From Eledone cirrhosa (lineage: Eukaryota), in contig OZ024746.1 in assembly GCA_964016885.1 (NCBI GenBank), positions 48,112,001 to 48,176,000 on the forward strand: 64,000 nucleotides of DNA, written 5' to 3'. The first letter of the stretch is position 1. Each line of letters opens with the position of its first letter. The translations under genes and the position numbers were made by a program. Positions 40,047 through 53,383 of the stretch are shown here, one piece after another. Below the pieces are notes generated by a model. It was not told the origin of the DNA. It saw nothing but the letters and a program-made list of their open reading frames with translations, and searched no databases.

Positions 40047-41252
40047 AAGATGTAGTGGGATCACAGGTAAGCTAACTAAGAACATAGATTTTACATGTGG
40101 CCGGTGCTCTGGTGCAATAAGTAGCAGCAAGTGCCCACAAAATACTAGCTCTTTCAATTGCGCAGAGGGTTCTATAGAAATAGTGGTCAGCTTCCGTTAC
40201 CTGGGTGACAAAATCAGCAGTGGGGGAGGATGCTCTGAAAATACAGTAGCTAGAGTCAGAACTGGATGGAAAAGTTCAGAGAGCTTATACCACTATTAGC
40301 TGCTAAAGGGTTCTCCCTAAAAATGAAAGGCAGGTTATATGATGCCCGCATACGAACAGCAATGCTGCATGGCAGTGAGACCTGGGCATTGTGTGCAGAG
40401 GATATACGCAGACTAGAGAGGAACGAAGCTTGCGTGCTCCGCTGGATGTGTAATAGTAATATACGTGAACGGCTAAGCATAAACGAACTAAGGAAAAATT
40501 TAGAAATAAGAGGGATCAGATGTTGTTTACTCGAGAGAAAGCTACGTTGGTATGGTCACGGGATGCGCATGAAAGACGACAGCTGTATAACAAAGTAGAG
40601 GGCAATAAAGATAGACGGTAGCCACGGAGTAGGCAGACCCAGAAAAACCTGGGACGACATGATAAATTCCGACCTCACACTCTTACACCTCTCCAAGACA
40701 ATGTCACTGGACCGAGTCCTTTGGCGGTACTCAGTAATAGAGAAGACCCGCCTTACCTAAATACAAAGTAAAACCTACTACAGTCAGTAGGCATCTCTAA
40801 CAAAACACACCCCGTCCCACTACCCCCACCCCATCCACACCACCTCTTTCAATGTAAAGTTATGTTGGTGCCACAACATCCAGGCCGAAACAAATGAGAT
40901 CGTGTAGGTGTCACGACAAAAAACACACAGTCCACGCTGTAATGTGGCCGTGTAGGCAACACGGTAAAAACCTCCCAGCCCCACACTGTAAATGTGGTTG
41001 GTGTTAGGAAGGGCATCCAGTTGTAGAAAACCCGCCAGACAGTCCACGCTGTAATGTGGCCGTGTAGGCAACACGGTAAAAACCTCCCAGCCCCACACTG
41101 TAAATGTGGTTGGTGTTAGGAAGGGCATCCAGCTGTAGAAAACCCGCCAGACAGTCCTATGCGAGCAAGACAATCACTCTTGCCTTAAGTGGGAAAACCC
41201 CCGTCCAAACCCATGCACGCGTGGAACACGGACGTTAAACGTTGATGATGAT
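40047..41252 (+). mobile_element. RTE family A 3' fragment with duplicated 3' UTR segment
   Basis: ORF 40266-40598; tandem unit at ~40929-41155; (GAT)n tail. Confidence 0.93.
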
Positions 41253-42198
41253 ATATATATATATATATATAGTGCGTGTGTGTGTATATATAGAGAGAGG
41301 TGGGGGGGGGGATTGAACTCAAGACTTGTGGAGCAAACATCTTAACATGGCTATGCCTGTGTCTCTGTCTATTTGTCACATTTTCCTCACACAAACACAT
41401 CAAAAGAATGTTTTTGGTAGAGAAAACATAAAAATGAGCTTGCATTTGAGGACAAGCACCTCTGCATTATTAAAAATGAAATTAAAACAACAGTAAAGAA
41501 TTACATTTTTTTTAAATTGCTTAGTTTAGGCCCAACAAAAATCTGAATCATTCAATCTAATTAGGAAACCCATTTAGTAGAGCATTTGTTAACTTAAATG
41601 CTGAATTCTAAATTCATTAAATTAATGAACTAATAAAGAGATAACCATTAATTTGGTCACTTTGAAGAGCATTGGTTGCAATATGGAAAAATGAAATTTA
41701 TGAAGAGATATTTGGCAATAAATTCATATTTAGCAATTAGAAATAGATAAAGAAAGAATGAAAAATGAGAAAAGAAAGAATGAAAAAAGAAATCCTTTAA
41801 GAGAAAATGGGAAATAGAGAGTAGAAAGTGAAACATTTAAAGGAAGGAGACTATAGAGGTGAGAAAAATATCAGCGGGAAAGAAGATAGACTGAGAGGTG
41901 TAGACAATATTTTCTGATATTTTAATAAATTTAAATGTGACTTTAAATTGAGAAGGAGAAAGAAGAGAAAAAAAAACAGGATGGGATGAATAAAAAAAAA
42001 AGAAAGAATGAATAAAATAAAGAAAAATCAATGATAAATAAAGTACACAACAAAAATTGATAGAAAAAAAAAAACATCAGATTTCTTCTTAAAATGATAA
42101 AATGATAAAATAAAAAATAAAAATGGAGCTGCCAAGCAATTTATACACAGAGCGAGGTCATTTCAGAGAGATGGGTTTGAAATCTGTTATATATGTTC

Positions 42199-42312
42199 TA
42201 TTTTATATCAAAATGCATCAATTAATTGCAATACAAGTTTCACCTTGTAGCTGATCACAGCTACTAGGTGAAACTTGTATTACATGTAACTGCCACTTTT
42301 TGATATAAAATA
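42199..42312. repeat. Imperfect palindrome/hairpin
   Basis: aatacaagtttcacct-t-gtagctg atca cagctac-t-aggtgaaacttgtatt, with outer arms tattttatatcaaaa/ttttgatataaaata. Confidence 0.85.
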
Positions 42313-42377
42313 ATTTATCTCAATCTACGTTCAGAGGTTTGTATCAGATAATGATTACAGTATATGTTTTTATAGCA

Positions 42378-42415
<38 letters not shown>

Positions 42416-43099
42416 TATACATATACTTTGATAGGTTTCAGCCTGTTGTGGCCCAGGCCATGTGTAACTTAATAGCACTACCTGGCTTTTAGATTATGGG
42501 TTCACAACCAAATCATGTTTTGGACACTGGGGTCAAATCTAGCAAAGAATTGTTGTTTTCAGAGACTTATGCAGGATTTCTTGAAAGAATTTGTTCACGA
42601 AACTTTTAAATATCATGGGATCTGTTTCTGCGATAATGTATTTTAGTATGATATTAAAGAGGGCATAGCCAGTGTCGTATAGTTGCTATGAGATGAGAGT
42701 TTGATTTGTGTACCAGGTGGAGAACATGCCAGGCTATTTTAAAATAATTTTGAAACATCAAACCATCCAAAGTAAATGTTATTCCAGAATTTTACAGATT
42801 TATTCATGACTGAGGATTAGGAATAACAGGTTGTACATACAACATCTAAAAATGGAGAATGACTGCTTTGTCAACAAAAACTATGAAACTCATAGTTCCT
42901 TGAATATCAGCTAATATCTTCTATTAATAATATATATCATAAAATTATATTACATGAGGTAAATAGCATTTATGTATATACTTTAACATAAGCTAACCTA
43001 TTTATGTCTCAGAAATGGGCAAAAATTAAAACCTTGTGTATAAGTTAAGGCAGCAAATCAACATATGTTTAGGTGGCATGGTGTTGAAATTTTCATGAG

Positions 43100-46000
43100 T
43101 CATCATCATCATCACCGTTTTACGTCCGTTCTTCCACGCTAGCATGGGTTAGATGGGTTGTCCTGTTGTGTGCAGTGTCTGGTCGGCTGACCATGCCTTG
43201 CTCATACAGGAACTGATCTGGCTTGATTTCTACAGCTGGATGCCCTTCCTAACACCAACCTCATTTACAGTGAGTGCTGGGTGCTTTTTCGTGGCGCCTA
43301 CACGTCCACTTTACAGTGTGGGCTGGGTGCTTTTTTGCCGTGGCACCTCCACGACCACCTTGCGGTGGGGGGTGTAGGGGTATATTGTTTATATGCTTCA
43401 GCATGTACCCATGGGAGGTTGGGTACTCTGTATTACTGCGTGACGCCAGAAGTCACGGTCGTGTGTCATTGTCTTTGAGAGGTGTAATTGGGTAAGGTCG
43501 GCTTTTATCACCTCATCCCAGGTCATCTTGGGTCTCCCCACTCCGCGGTTTCCATCAACTTCTAGTGCTCTGCACCTTTTTATGCAGCTGTCATCCTTCA
43601 TACGCATCACATGTCCATACCAGCGCAACCGCCTCTCCTGCACACAGCATTTGATTCCTCTTATGCTCAGTCTCTCTCTCAATTCATTTATGCTTTGTCG
43701 TTCACGTATATTACTGTTACACATCCATCGGAGCATGCAGGCTTCGTTTCTCTCTAATCTACGTAAGTCTTCCACCTTCAGCGCCCAGGTCTCACTACCA
43801 TGCAACATCGCTGTTCGGATACACGCATCATACAGTCTGCCTTTCATTCTGAGGGAGAAGCCTTTTGCAGCTAGCAGTGGTAGTAGTTCCCTAAACTTCT
43901 TCCATCCCGTTCTTACCCTAGTTATTGTACTTTCTGAACACCCACCTCCGTTGCTAATTCGGTTACCTAGGTAGCAGAAGCTGTCTACTGTTTCTACAGG
44001 GCCCTCCCAGAGATTGGTGGTACTTGTTTCCTGTGGCTGTTTGCTGCTTGCTGTTTCAGCACAGCTGCTGCATGTGAATCCTACATTCTTAATTAAGCTT
44101 CCTGAGATCCCGCTACATCTCTTGTGTACCCATTGTTTGCATTTGGGGCAGAGAATGGAGTTCCTACCTACACCTTTCCTACATACTGAGCAAGGCCATT
44201 TCCCTGAGGGGATCTGGGTTCTGTTTTCTCGTCTACTTACAAGGACCTTAGTCTTGGTCATGTTGACTTTGAGACCCTTTCTCTCTAGTCCCTGCTTCCA
44301 GGTTTGGAATTTATTCTCTAGTTCTACCATAGATTCAGCTATGAGTGCGAGGTCATCAGCATACAGGAGTTCCCATGGGCATCCGGTCTTAAACTCCTCC
44401 GTTATTGCCTGCAGGACTATGATGAACAGGAGAGGGCTAAGAACAGAGCCCTGGTGGACTCCAACCTGTACGCTAAATTCCTCGCTATACTCATTGCTAA
44501 TCCTAACTTTGCTGACTGCTCCTCTATACATGGCTTGTACCGCTTTCACAAGCCATTCATCTACTCCTAGTTTTCTAAGAGCCCACCAGATTACAGCACG
44601 TGGAACTCTGTCAAAGGCTTTCTCACGGTCGACAAATGCCAAGTAGAGTGGCTTACTTTTAGCTAGGTACTTTTCCTGTAATTGCCTCACAAGGGAGAGG
44701 GCATCAGTGGTACTTCTTCCTGGTACAAACCCAAATTGCATCTCGTCTATATTCACCCGGTCCCTAATCAGCTGTGCTATAACTGTTTCTGTTACTTTCA
44801 TGACCTGGTCCATCAACTTTATACCTCTATAGTTTCCTCTATCTAGTGCATCGCCTTTGCCTTTGTAGCAGTTGACAATGATGCTACTGCACCAGTCTTT
44901 TGGTATGGCCCCTTCTAGTATTACCTGGTTAACGATACGTGTGGTTATGGTGTGACCTACAGACCCAGATGCCTTCAGCATCTCGGCAGCTATACCCGAT
45001 GGACCGGTTGCCTTCCCCATCTTCATATCTTTGATTGCCTTACTTACTACGCTGCTGCTGACTTGTACTGCTGGTCCCTCTATAGGGTCTACTTGGGGTA
45101 GGGTCTCTTCTTCCCATGCATTCTCCTCATTTAGTAATCTATCATAATGACTCTTCCATGCATCTTTCTTCTCAGCACTTGTGAGGGCAAGCTCACCTTT
45201 ATCATTCCGGATACACTTCTCTCCAATGACATCACAACTATCTCTGACACACTGCCTCGCAATCTTGAATACCTCCTGTTTCTGGTCCTCACGTTGTAAA
45301 ACATGCTTGAATTTTCTATCCTCTGCTTCCCTCCTAGCTAAGTATACTTGTCGCCTAGCTTCCCTCTTGGTCTCTATGTAATGTACCCTGCTCCCCCCGT
45401 TCTTCCATTCTTTCCATGCCTGTCTCTTGGCCTTAACTGCTTCATCTACCTTATTGTTCCACCACCAAGTCACTCTTCTCCTGCTTGAGGTCTTACTCCA
45501 GCCACAGACCTCATCCGTCGCCTCTAGTAAATTACTTTTTAGGAACTCCCAGTTCTCTTCTACGTTAAATGTCTCTATCTGTTCCTCTTTACTGTCGTAG
45601 GCGTTGAGTAAAATATCTTTAAATCTGTTGCTGGTTGAGGGGACTTTCAGCTTCCAGATCTTTCTTCTCCAGGTTGGCCTCTGTTTCCGGGTTCGTCTAG
45701 TTCTGACTGTGAGGTCACTGACAACTAAGCTATGTTGGGATGTACATTCCTCACTAGGGAAGGCTTTTGTGTTTACGACCGTCCATCTGTCACGTCCTCT
45801 GATGAGGATAAAATCTAACTGACTAGAGTGCTCCCCTGATCTATAGGTGATCAGGTGGTTGTCGGGTTTTTTAAAGTTTGTGTTACATATCGACATGTCA
45901 TTGGCGTCGCAGAATTCTAGGAGTCTGAATCCTTCCTCATTCCTTGTGCCAACTCCATGGCCTCCATGTACTCTATTGAAGCCGTCGCAGTGTTTACCTA

Positions 46001-46104
46001 CGTGTCCGTTAAAATCTCCTGCGATGATTAGGCAGTCCTTGTCGTCTGTTAGAGCAGTAGTGTGTATTAGGGACTCGTAAAACCTATCCTTAAGTTCGTC
46101 TGGC
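43100..46104 (-). mobile_element. RTE LINE family B, 5'-truncated within the endonuclease, ~900 aa still open
   Basis: ORF 43398-46106 with GDFNGHVG, RT motifs and PHD-like finger; (CAT)n tail at 43100-43113. Confidence 0.97.
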
Positions 46105-46255
46105 AAAGTTCGAGTGGAAAATATATTTATGAAGTTTTAATATTTTGATATTTAAAATGCTTCAAGTGTCATTTTTCACAATTTTATTACGTAATGATTT
46201 ATTATTTTATAAAGTTTCAACAAGTTTCTTGAATTTTTTACTTCCAGCCACTCAC

Positions 46256-46267
46256 ATGCTGGGAGTA
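46256..46267 (-). CDS. Candidate 12-nt cassette microexon of the NCX gene
   Basis: Minus strand ctcttgctttcaaag|TACTCCCAGCAT|gtgagt. Frame-preserving (adds about V-L-P-A) and about 0.8 kb downstream of the CBD2 exon, where NCX genes carry small cassette exons. Confidence 0.3.
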
Positions 46268-47100
46268 CTTTGAAAGCAAGAGATTGAATAAGAGAATGTT
46301 TTATAGTAATTCATCATGTAAAAGAGGGAGGGAGAGACAGCAAGTGACAGAGAGGGGAGGTAGAGTGAGTAAAAGAGTGGGTGAGGCAGAGAGAGAGGAG
46401 AGAACGAGCAAGAGCCAGAAGTAAATTTTCAGTAGAAGACAGAAATAAAATTTCAAATGTTGATGTAGTAAAAATGTTGATGTTGATGTAGTAAAAATTT
46501 CAAATGTTGATGTAGTAAATGTAGAAAAACAGTGTTTCATTGTAATCACTCCAGATATTTCATCACCTTATTTACATAGAATTTGAAGTTGATGAAAATC
46601 AGCAAAATATTGACCTCAAATATAAGTTGACCCCCATTTTACTATCGATTTTTTGTTACATATTTCTCGGCTTATATATGAATATATACAGTACATGAAA
46701 TTATAAACATAAATAAAATAAAATAAAAAATAAAAATACAAGTAGCTTAAATAGCAATTATGGCCAATAAATCAAATATTTTGTGATTATTTTTCAATTT
46801 CCTTCTCAACCAGAAGATTTTATTTAATTCTTTCCTTTGTTCCCTCAAAAAAAGAAGAAAAAGATAAAACGAAACAAAACACTCAAACAATACGAATGAA
46901 TTCACATAAATATTATGGATAAATAACGATTGCTTTGCTATTCTTTCAAAAGGATAATTAATTAAATAAATAAAATAAAACAGCATTTATAAGAAAACTG
47001 AATAATAATTAAGAAAAATATCTAATGCTGAAAAACATTATTTATATCATCGTTATTGTTATTCTTATTCATTTAAACATTTAGTTAAATTTGTACTAAC

Positions 47101-47201
47101 CTACTGGTTTCTTCACAAGGAAAGGTTCGTCAAGCCAAATGAAAAAGGTTTCGTTCTTTTCATATTCTTCATCATCAAATACCCGTATGCGAATAAATTT
47201 T
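47101..47201 (-). CDS. NCX: Internal coding exon of a Na+/Ca2+ exchanger (NCX/SLC8/Calx), Ca-binding domain 2, equivalent to the vertebrate NCX1 exon A/B position
   Basis: Minus strand reads ttcttccttacag|A AAA TTT ATT CGC ATA CGG GTA TTT GAT GAT GAA GAA TAT GAA AAG AAC GAA ACC TTT TTC ATT TGG CTT GAC GAA CCT TTC CTT GTG AAG AAA CCA GTA G|gttagt = KFIRIRVFDDEEYEKNETFFIWLDEPFLVKKPV. Splice sites are canonical (phase 2 in, phase 1 out) and the peptide matches the NCX1 exon A motif KVIDDEEYEKNKTFF. Too short for the ORF track. Confidence 0.93.
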
Positions 47202-48223
47202 CTGTAAGGAAGAAGAATAGGTGAAAATATAAAATAAGTTGTATCAAACTGCATGTGTAAGTATATGTGAGTGTTTGTGTATGTACGTTTTAATACACCA
47301 GTTCCATCATTCTCTAAGTCACATCAGACTGAGTTATCCCAAACTGACTTACGTGCATGATTTTTTGGGGTGGATGCAATGGGTGTGTGTGTATGTGTGT
47401 ACATACATGTGGACAAGTTTACTCTGAGCCATCTGGTCTTGGACTGAGACAACATGTCTAACCCATGCCGGCAAGGCAAGTGGATGTGAAATAATGAAGA
47501 TGATATATATACATATACACACACACACACACACACACAGGCAGAGAGTGAAACAGACAGTCAGATAAATATATGAAGGGTTAGTATGACATAATCGTGA
47601 AATTGAATTGTAATGAAATAATTTATTACATAAATATGCATATCAACATCCTCATCATTATATATACACATGCACACACACATGTATATATAGAATTCAT
47701 GTGTCAAGGATGATATTGAGAGATTATGTAAACAATATCTTTTGGGCATTAAAATAGAAAAGAAAAACTCGAATAAATCTACAATACAAAAAAAACAAAA
47801 CAATTTGTATCTCAAAAATTTATAAACAATTTATAATACATTTGGAGCCAAATGTATTACATTATTCATAAACATGCTAAAATCAGAATTCCTCTCCTGC
47901 AGCAAAGAAAGCTAAATTAAATACCTTTGTGATTGTGTGAGACTATATGATGTATTATATATTGTGAAGGATTTAGTTTGCTAGTAACTCAAATGTTGAT
48001 AAATGAATTTGTATGCGCATTGGAAAACCCATGAAAGAAGAGAATGGTCTAGGTATTTAAATGTTAATTCATTATTTCAATACACCATCCATTAAAGAGG
48101 ATATCATATATATACTTATATACATTCACACAAACACACACATGCAGTATATATACCCTGTATACAGAGTTAGTTGTGTGTATACATGTATAGGCACACA
48201 CATATGTATGTATAAATACACCA

Positions 48224-51200
48224 ATCACAAGTCAACGGCCTATGCTATCACTTCTGGCCGCTTTTCGATATGATGGATGGACTAAGGAATTTCTGGAGAG
48301 TCTGAAGAATCTGGACACTCGATGACAATGCCAAAGATAATGACAAATTCACCTCATGCTGCCAGACGAAAGGGCAAGGCCCCCTCCTCTTTGTTTCGGC
48401 CGCGGATGGCCAACATAACCCCAACCCCATCCTCCTCACCCCTCCCTGCGCCCTATCCTCCAAACACAATCCAAAACTTCAGAGTTGGTACCATGAATGT
48501 AGGCACCTTAAAAGGCCGCTCTAACGAGGTTGTAGAAATGCTTTAACGTAAGGAGGTTGATGTTTGCTGTATCCAAGAGACCAGGTGGAGGGGCGGGTCT
48601 GCTAGATTCATTGTGGGTAAAAAACGTTGCTATAAGCTTTTCTGGGTGGGAAATGACAATGGGATAGGTGGGGAGGGAATCATGTTAGCAGAAAAATGGG
48701 TGGATAAGATAATAGATGTAAATAGAGTAAATGACAGAATAATTAAAATAAGACTTGTCCTAAATAGAACTACTGTGACAGTAATATCTGCATACGCGCG
48801 CCAATCCGGACTGCCTGGCGCTATAAAAGACAGATTCTATGAGACACTGATGCTCACTACCTCCCAAATAACCGACAGTGACTATATAATTATTGCTGGC
48901 GACCTAAAAGGCCACATTGGACAACATTGTGACGGCTATGACGGAATCCACGGAGGCTATCGGTTTGGTACTAGAAACGAGGAAGGCTCCAGAATCCTGG
49001 AATTCTGTGATGCAAATAACCTAACTATCTGTAACACTAACTTCAAAAAACGAGACAATCACTTGATCACCTACAGATCAGGGGAACATACCAGCCAGGT
49101 AGATTATATCCTTACCAGAAGACGTGACAGAGTGTCTGTTGTAAACACTAAATCCCTCCCCCATGAAGAATGCACCTCCCAACATAGACTGATAATTAGC
49201 GACCTCATAGTCAGGACGAGACGTACTAGACAGCAGAAGAGGACTATCCTCAGGAGAAAAATATGGAAGCTAAAGGACCCTACAACCAGAAATAAATTTC
49301 AAAGCATATTACTTGATGCTTTCGACAGTAAGGAAGAGCAATTAGAGTCGTACAATATAGAGGAACAGTGGGAATTCCTGAAAGCAAACCTGCTGATGGC
49401 GGCAGACGAAGTCTGTGGCTGGAGCAGGCCTGTAGGCAGGAGGAGAGTAACATGGTGGTGGAACAGTAAGGTGGAGGAGTCAATTAAGGCCAAAAAGCAG
49501 GCTTGGATAGTATGGCGGGATGGGGGAAGTAGAGAAGACTATCAAGTGGCCAGGAGGGAAGCTAGGAGACAAGTGTACTTCGCAAGAAGGGAAGCAGAGG
49601 AGAGAAAGTTCAAGCATGTTCTACAACGCAAGGACCAAAAACGTGAGGTGTTCAGGATTGCTAGGCAATGTGTCAAGGAAAACCGTGATATTGTCGGGGA
49701 GAAGTGTGTACTTAATGATGATGGCGTACTTGCCATCACTGACGCTGATAAGAAGGTAGCTTGGAAGTGTCACTACGAAAGGCTACTAAATGAGGAGAAT
49801 AAATGGGAGAAAGACAGTCTCCCCCACATCGACCCAATAGAGGGACCAGCAGTGTTAGTCGAAGGTAGTACAATAAGTAAGGCAATCAAAGATATGAAGA
49901 TGGGTAAGGCGGCTGGGCCTTCGGAAATAGTTGCTGAGATGCTGAAAGCCTCTGGAACGGTAGGACACACCATGGTCACCCGGATAGTAAACCAAGTCAT
50001 ACAGAATGGGGTTGTTCTGAAGGACTAGCGTAGCAGCATCATCATTAACTGCTACAAGTGTAAAGGAGACGCCCTAGATAGGAGTAACTATAGAGGCATT
50101 AAATTAATCGACCAGGTCATGAAGGTCACGGAAAAAGTAATAGCGCAACTAATCAGAGAGAGAATTGATCTAGATGAAATGCAGTTCGGGTTTGTATCAG
50201 GCAAAAGTACCACAGACACTCTTTTAATTGTACGACAACTACAGGAGAAGTACCTAGCTACAAGTAAACCCCTATACTTAGCTTTTGTCGACTCGGAGAA
50301 AGCCTTCGAAAGAGTTCCCCGTTCCATTATCTGGTGGGCTCTTAGAAAACTAGGTGTTGATGAATGGCTTATGAGAGCTATACAAGCCATGTATAAAGAA
50401 ACAGTCAGTAAGGTTAGAATTAACAACGAATATAGTGAAGAGTTTAGCGTAAAAGTTGCTGTCCATCAGGGCTCTGTTCTTAGCCCCCTACTATTTATTA
50501 TTGCCCTTCAGGCTATAACAGTGGAGTTCAGGACCGGCTGCCCATGGGAACTCCTATACGCAGATGATCTAACGCTCATAGCTGAATCAATGGCCGAGCT
50601 AGAGAAGAAATTCCAAACCTGGAAGCACGGCCTAGAATCAAAAGGCCTTAAAATTAACCTGGCTAAGACTAAAGTTCTAGTTTGTAGGAAAGAAAATAAG
50701 GCGCCGGACCCTTCCGGGAAATGGCCATGCTCAGTGTGTAGGAAAGGCGTAGGTAGAAACTCCATTTTATGTCCCACATGCAAAATATGGGTGCGTAAAA
50801 GATGTAGTGGGATCACAGGTAAGCTACTAAGAACACAGATTTTACATGTGGCCGGTGCTCTGGTGCAATAAGTAGCAGCAAGTGCTCACAAAATACTAGC
50901 TCTTTCAATTGCGCAGAGGGCTCTATAGAAATAGTGGACAGCTTCCGTTACCTGGGTGACAAAATCAGCAGTGGGGGAGGGTGCTCTGAAAGTACAGTAG
51001 CTAGAGTCAGAACTGGATGGAAAAAGTTCAGAGAGCTTATACCACTATTAGCCGCTAAAGGGTTCTCCCTAAAAATGAAAGGCAGGCTGTATGATGCCTG
51101 CATACGAACAGCAATGTTGCATGGCAGTGAGACCTGGGCATTGTGTGCAGAGGATATACGCAGACTAGAGAGGAACGAAGCTTGCATGCTCCGCTGGATG

Positions 51201-51873
51201 TGTAAAGCATAAACGAACTAAGGGAAAAATTAGAAATAAGAGGGATCAGATGTTTACTTGAGAGAAGGCTACATTGGTATGGTCATGTGATGCACATGAA
51301 AGACGACAGCTGTATAAAAAAGTGCAGGGCAATAAAGATAGACGGTAGCCACGGAGTAGGCAGACCCAGAAAAACCTGGGACGACCTGATAAATTCCGAC
51401 CTCACACACTTACACCTCTCCAAGACAATGTCACTGGACCGAGATCTTTGGCGGTACTCAGTAATAGAGAAGACCCGCCTTACCTAAATACAAAGTAAAA
51501 CCTACTACAGTCAGTAGGTATCTCTAACAAAATACACCTCCGTCCCACCACCTCCGTCCCATCCACACCGCCCCTTTCAATGTAAAGTTATGTTGGTGCC
51601 ACAACATCCAGGCCGAAACAAATGAGATCGTGTAGGTGTCACAACAAAAAAACACACAGTCCACGCTGTAATGTGGCCGTGTAGGCAACACGGTAAAAAC
51701 CTCCCAGTCCCACACTGTAAATGTGGTTGGTGTTAGGAAGGGTATCCAGCTGTAGAAAACCCGCCGGACAGTCCTATGCGAGCAAGACAACCACTCTTGC
51801 CTCAAATGGGAAAACTCCCGTCCAAACCCATGCAAGCATGGAACATGGACATTAAACGATGATGATGATGATG
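48224..51873 (+). mobile_element. RTE LINE family A, longest 5' extent, inactivated by stops and frameshifts
   Basis: ORF pieces 48322-48546, 48613-50028, 50119-50871, 50934-51212 and 51287-51487; (GAT)n tail. The 5' boundary is approximate. Confidence 0.95.
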
Positions 51874-51884
51874 ACACATCCATT

Positions 51885-51937
<53 letters not shown>

Positions 51938-52544
51938 GTGTACAATCCTGATAACAAAACCACTTGGCGCAGCAGTCGGGATTTTACACATCTCTATACC
52001 CACTCTGCATCTCCCCATGTATTGAGTACTCCCATGATTAATGGTCTTCCTGGTCTCTTTCGACAGAGAGAGAGAGAGAACGACCTTTTACTGCTTCCCA
52101 TTGTAATTCATTCCCATTTTTTCTTTTAATGTAAAAAAAAAAAGAAGAAAAATACTAAAAGAATATAAGCAAAAAATAAATAAATAAAGAGGTAATGTGT
52201 TATTAACGAGATTGATGGTGGAAAAAGAACATGTAACAAATTAGTTGTGAGTTTTGGGACAGGAAAGTTGATATATCAGCCCAAAAGAACATCAAACATC
52301 ATTGGACAGTACAAAAACAACAAAAAAATATTATTAAAAATGATTAATTGGTTTTCATCACAGGAGAGTCACTGTGATCATTCAGGTTAGTTTATGTGAC
52401 TGAGACTATTAATCTTTTAGTTTATTAACAATGCTCAGTACTATATGAGAGAGAGATAATCTAAGTATATGTATTTACATATCCTCCCACTCCTCCTTGG
52501 CATCATATATCCATTTTTTCCCCATGCTTGTGGATGATTATTCT

Positions 52545-53349
52545 AGTGAGTAGGAAATAAGATAGGAGTGATTCCTTCAGGGAAGTGGCTCTTCTCAATA
52601 TGTAGAAAAGGAGTAGGCATAAACTCCATGAGGTGTACACAATGTAAATCTTGGGTAAACAAGAGATGTAGTGGAATAACGGGGAAGGAAGACTTTGTAT
52701 GTAGAAGATGCACAGGAGTAATCAAGGGGTAGAGTGTCAGTGATATAAATTTTTCAAGTCACAGGAAGGGTTGATAGCTTCGGCTCTCTAGGTGACATAA
52801 TTAGCAGTGGAGAGAGCATAATATCTAAAATAAGGTTAGGATAAAAAAAGTTTAGAGAGCTACTCCCACCGTTGACAACAAAAGATTTTTCGCTACGAAG
52901 AAAAGGACAACTGCATGACGCCTTTGTGCGAAGTGTGCTTCTGCATGGTAGCAAAACATGGGCTGTGACTGCAGAGGATGTGTAGACTGGAGAGAAATGA
53001 AGCAACCATGCTTAATTGGATGGGCAATGTAAATGTGATAAAAAGGTAGAGTTTGGGTGAGCTGAGGGATAAGCTGGGTTTAAGAGGGATTATAGGTGAT
53101 GTATTGCATTCGTATGGATGATGATCACTGGGTAAAGAAGTGATAGGAAATGCTAGTGGAAGGAAACCAAAGAAGAGGTAGACCAAGAAAGACCTGTGCT
53201 GAGGTGGTGAGAGCTGACCTCAAATCGCTGAGACACACAGAGGACTTGACAAAGGAAACCGGCAAATCGAGAGATGCTGTGCTGAGAAGGACCCATCCAA
53301 CCCATGTAAACATGGAAAAACGGACAAAAAAATGATGATGATGATGATG

Positions 53350-53350
<1 letters not shown>
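52545..53350 (+). mobile_element. Old degraded RTE 3' fragment (family C-like)
   Basis: Remnant SGKW..CRKGVG..C..C finger, RGRPRKT..VVRADL, (GAT)n tail. Confidence 0.85.
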
Positions 53351-53383
<33 letters not shown>

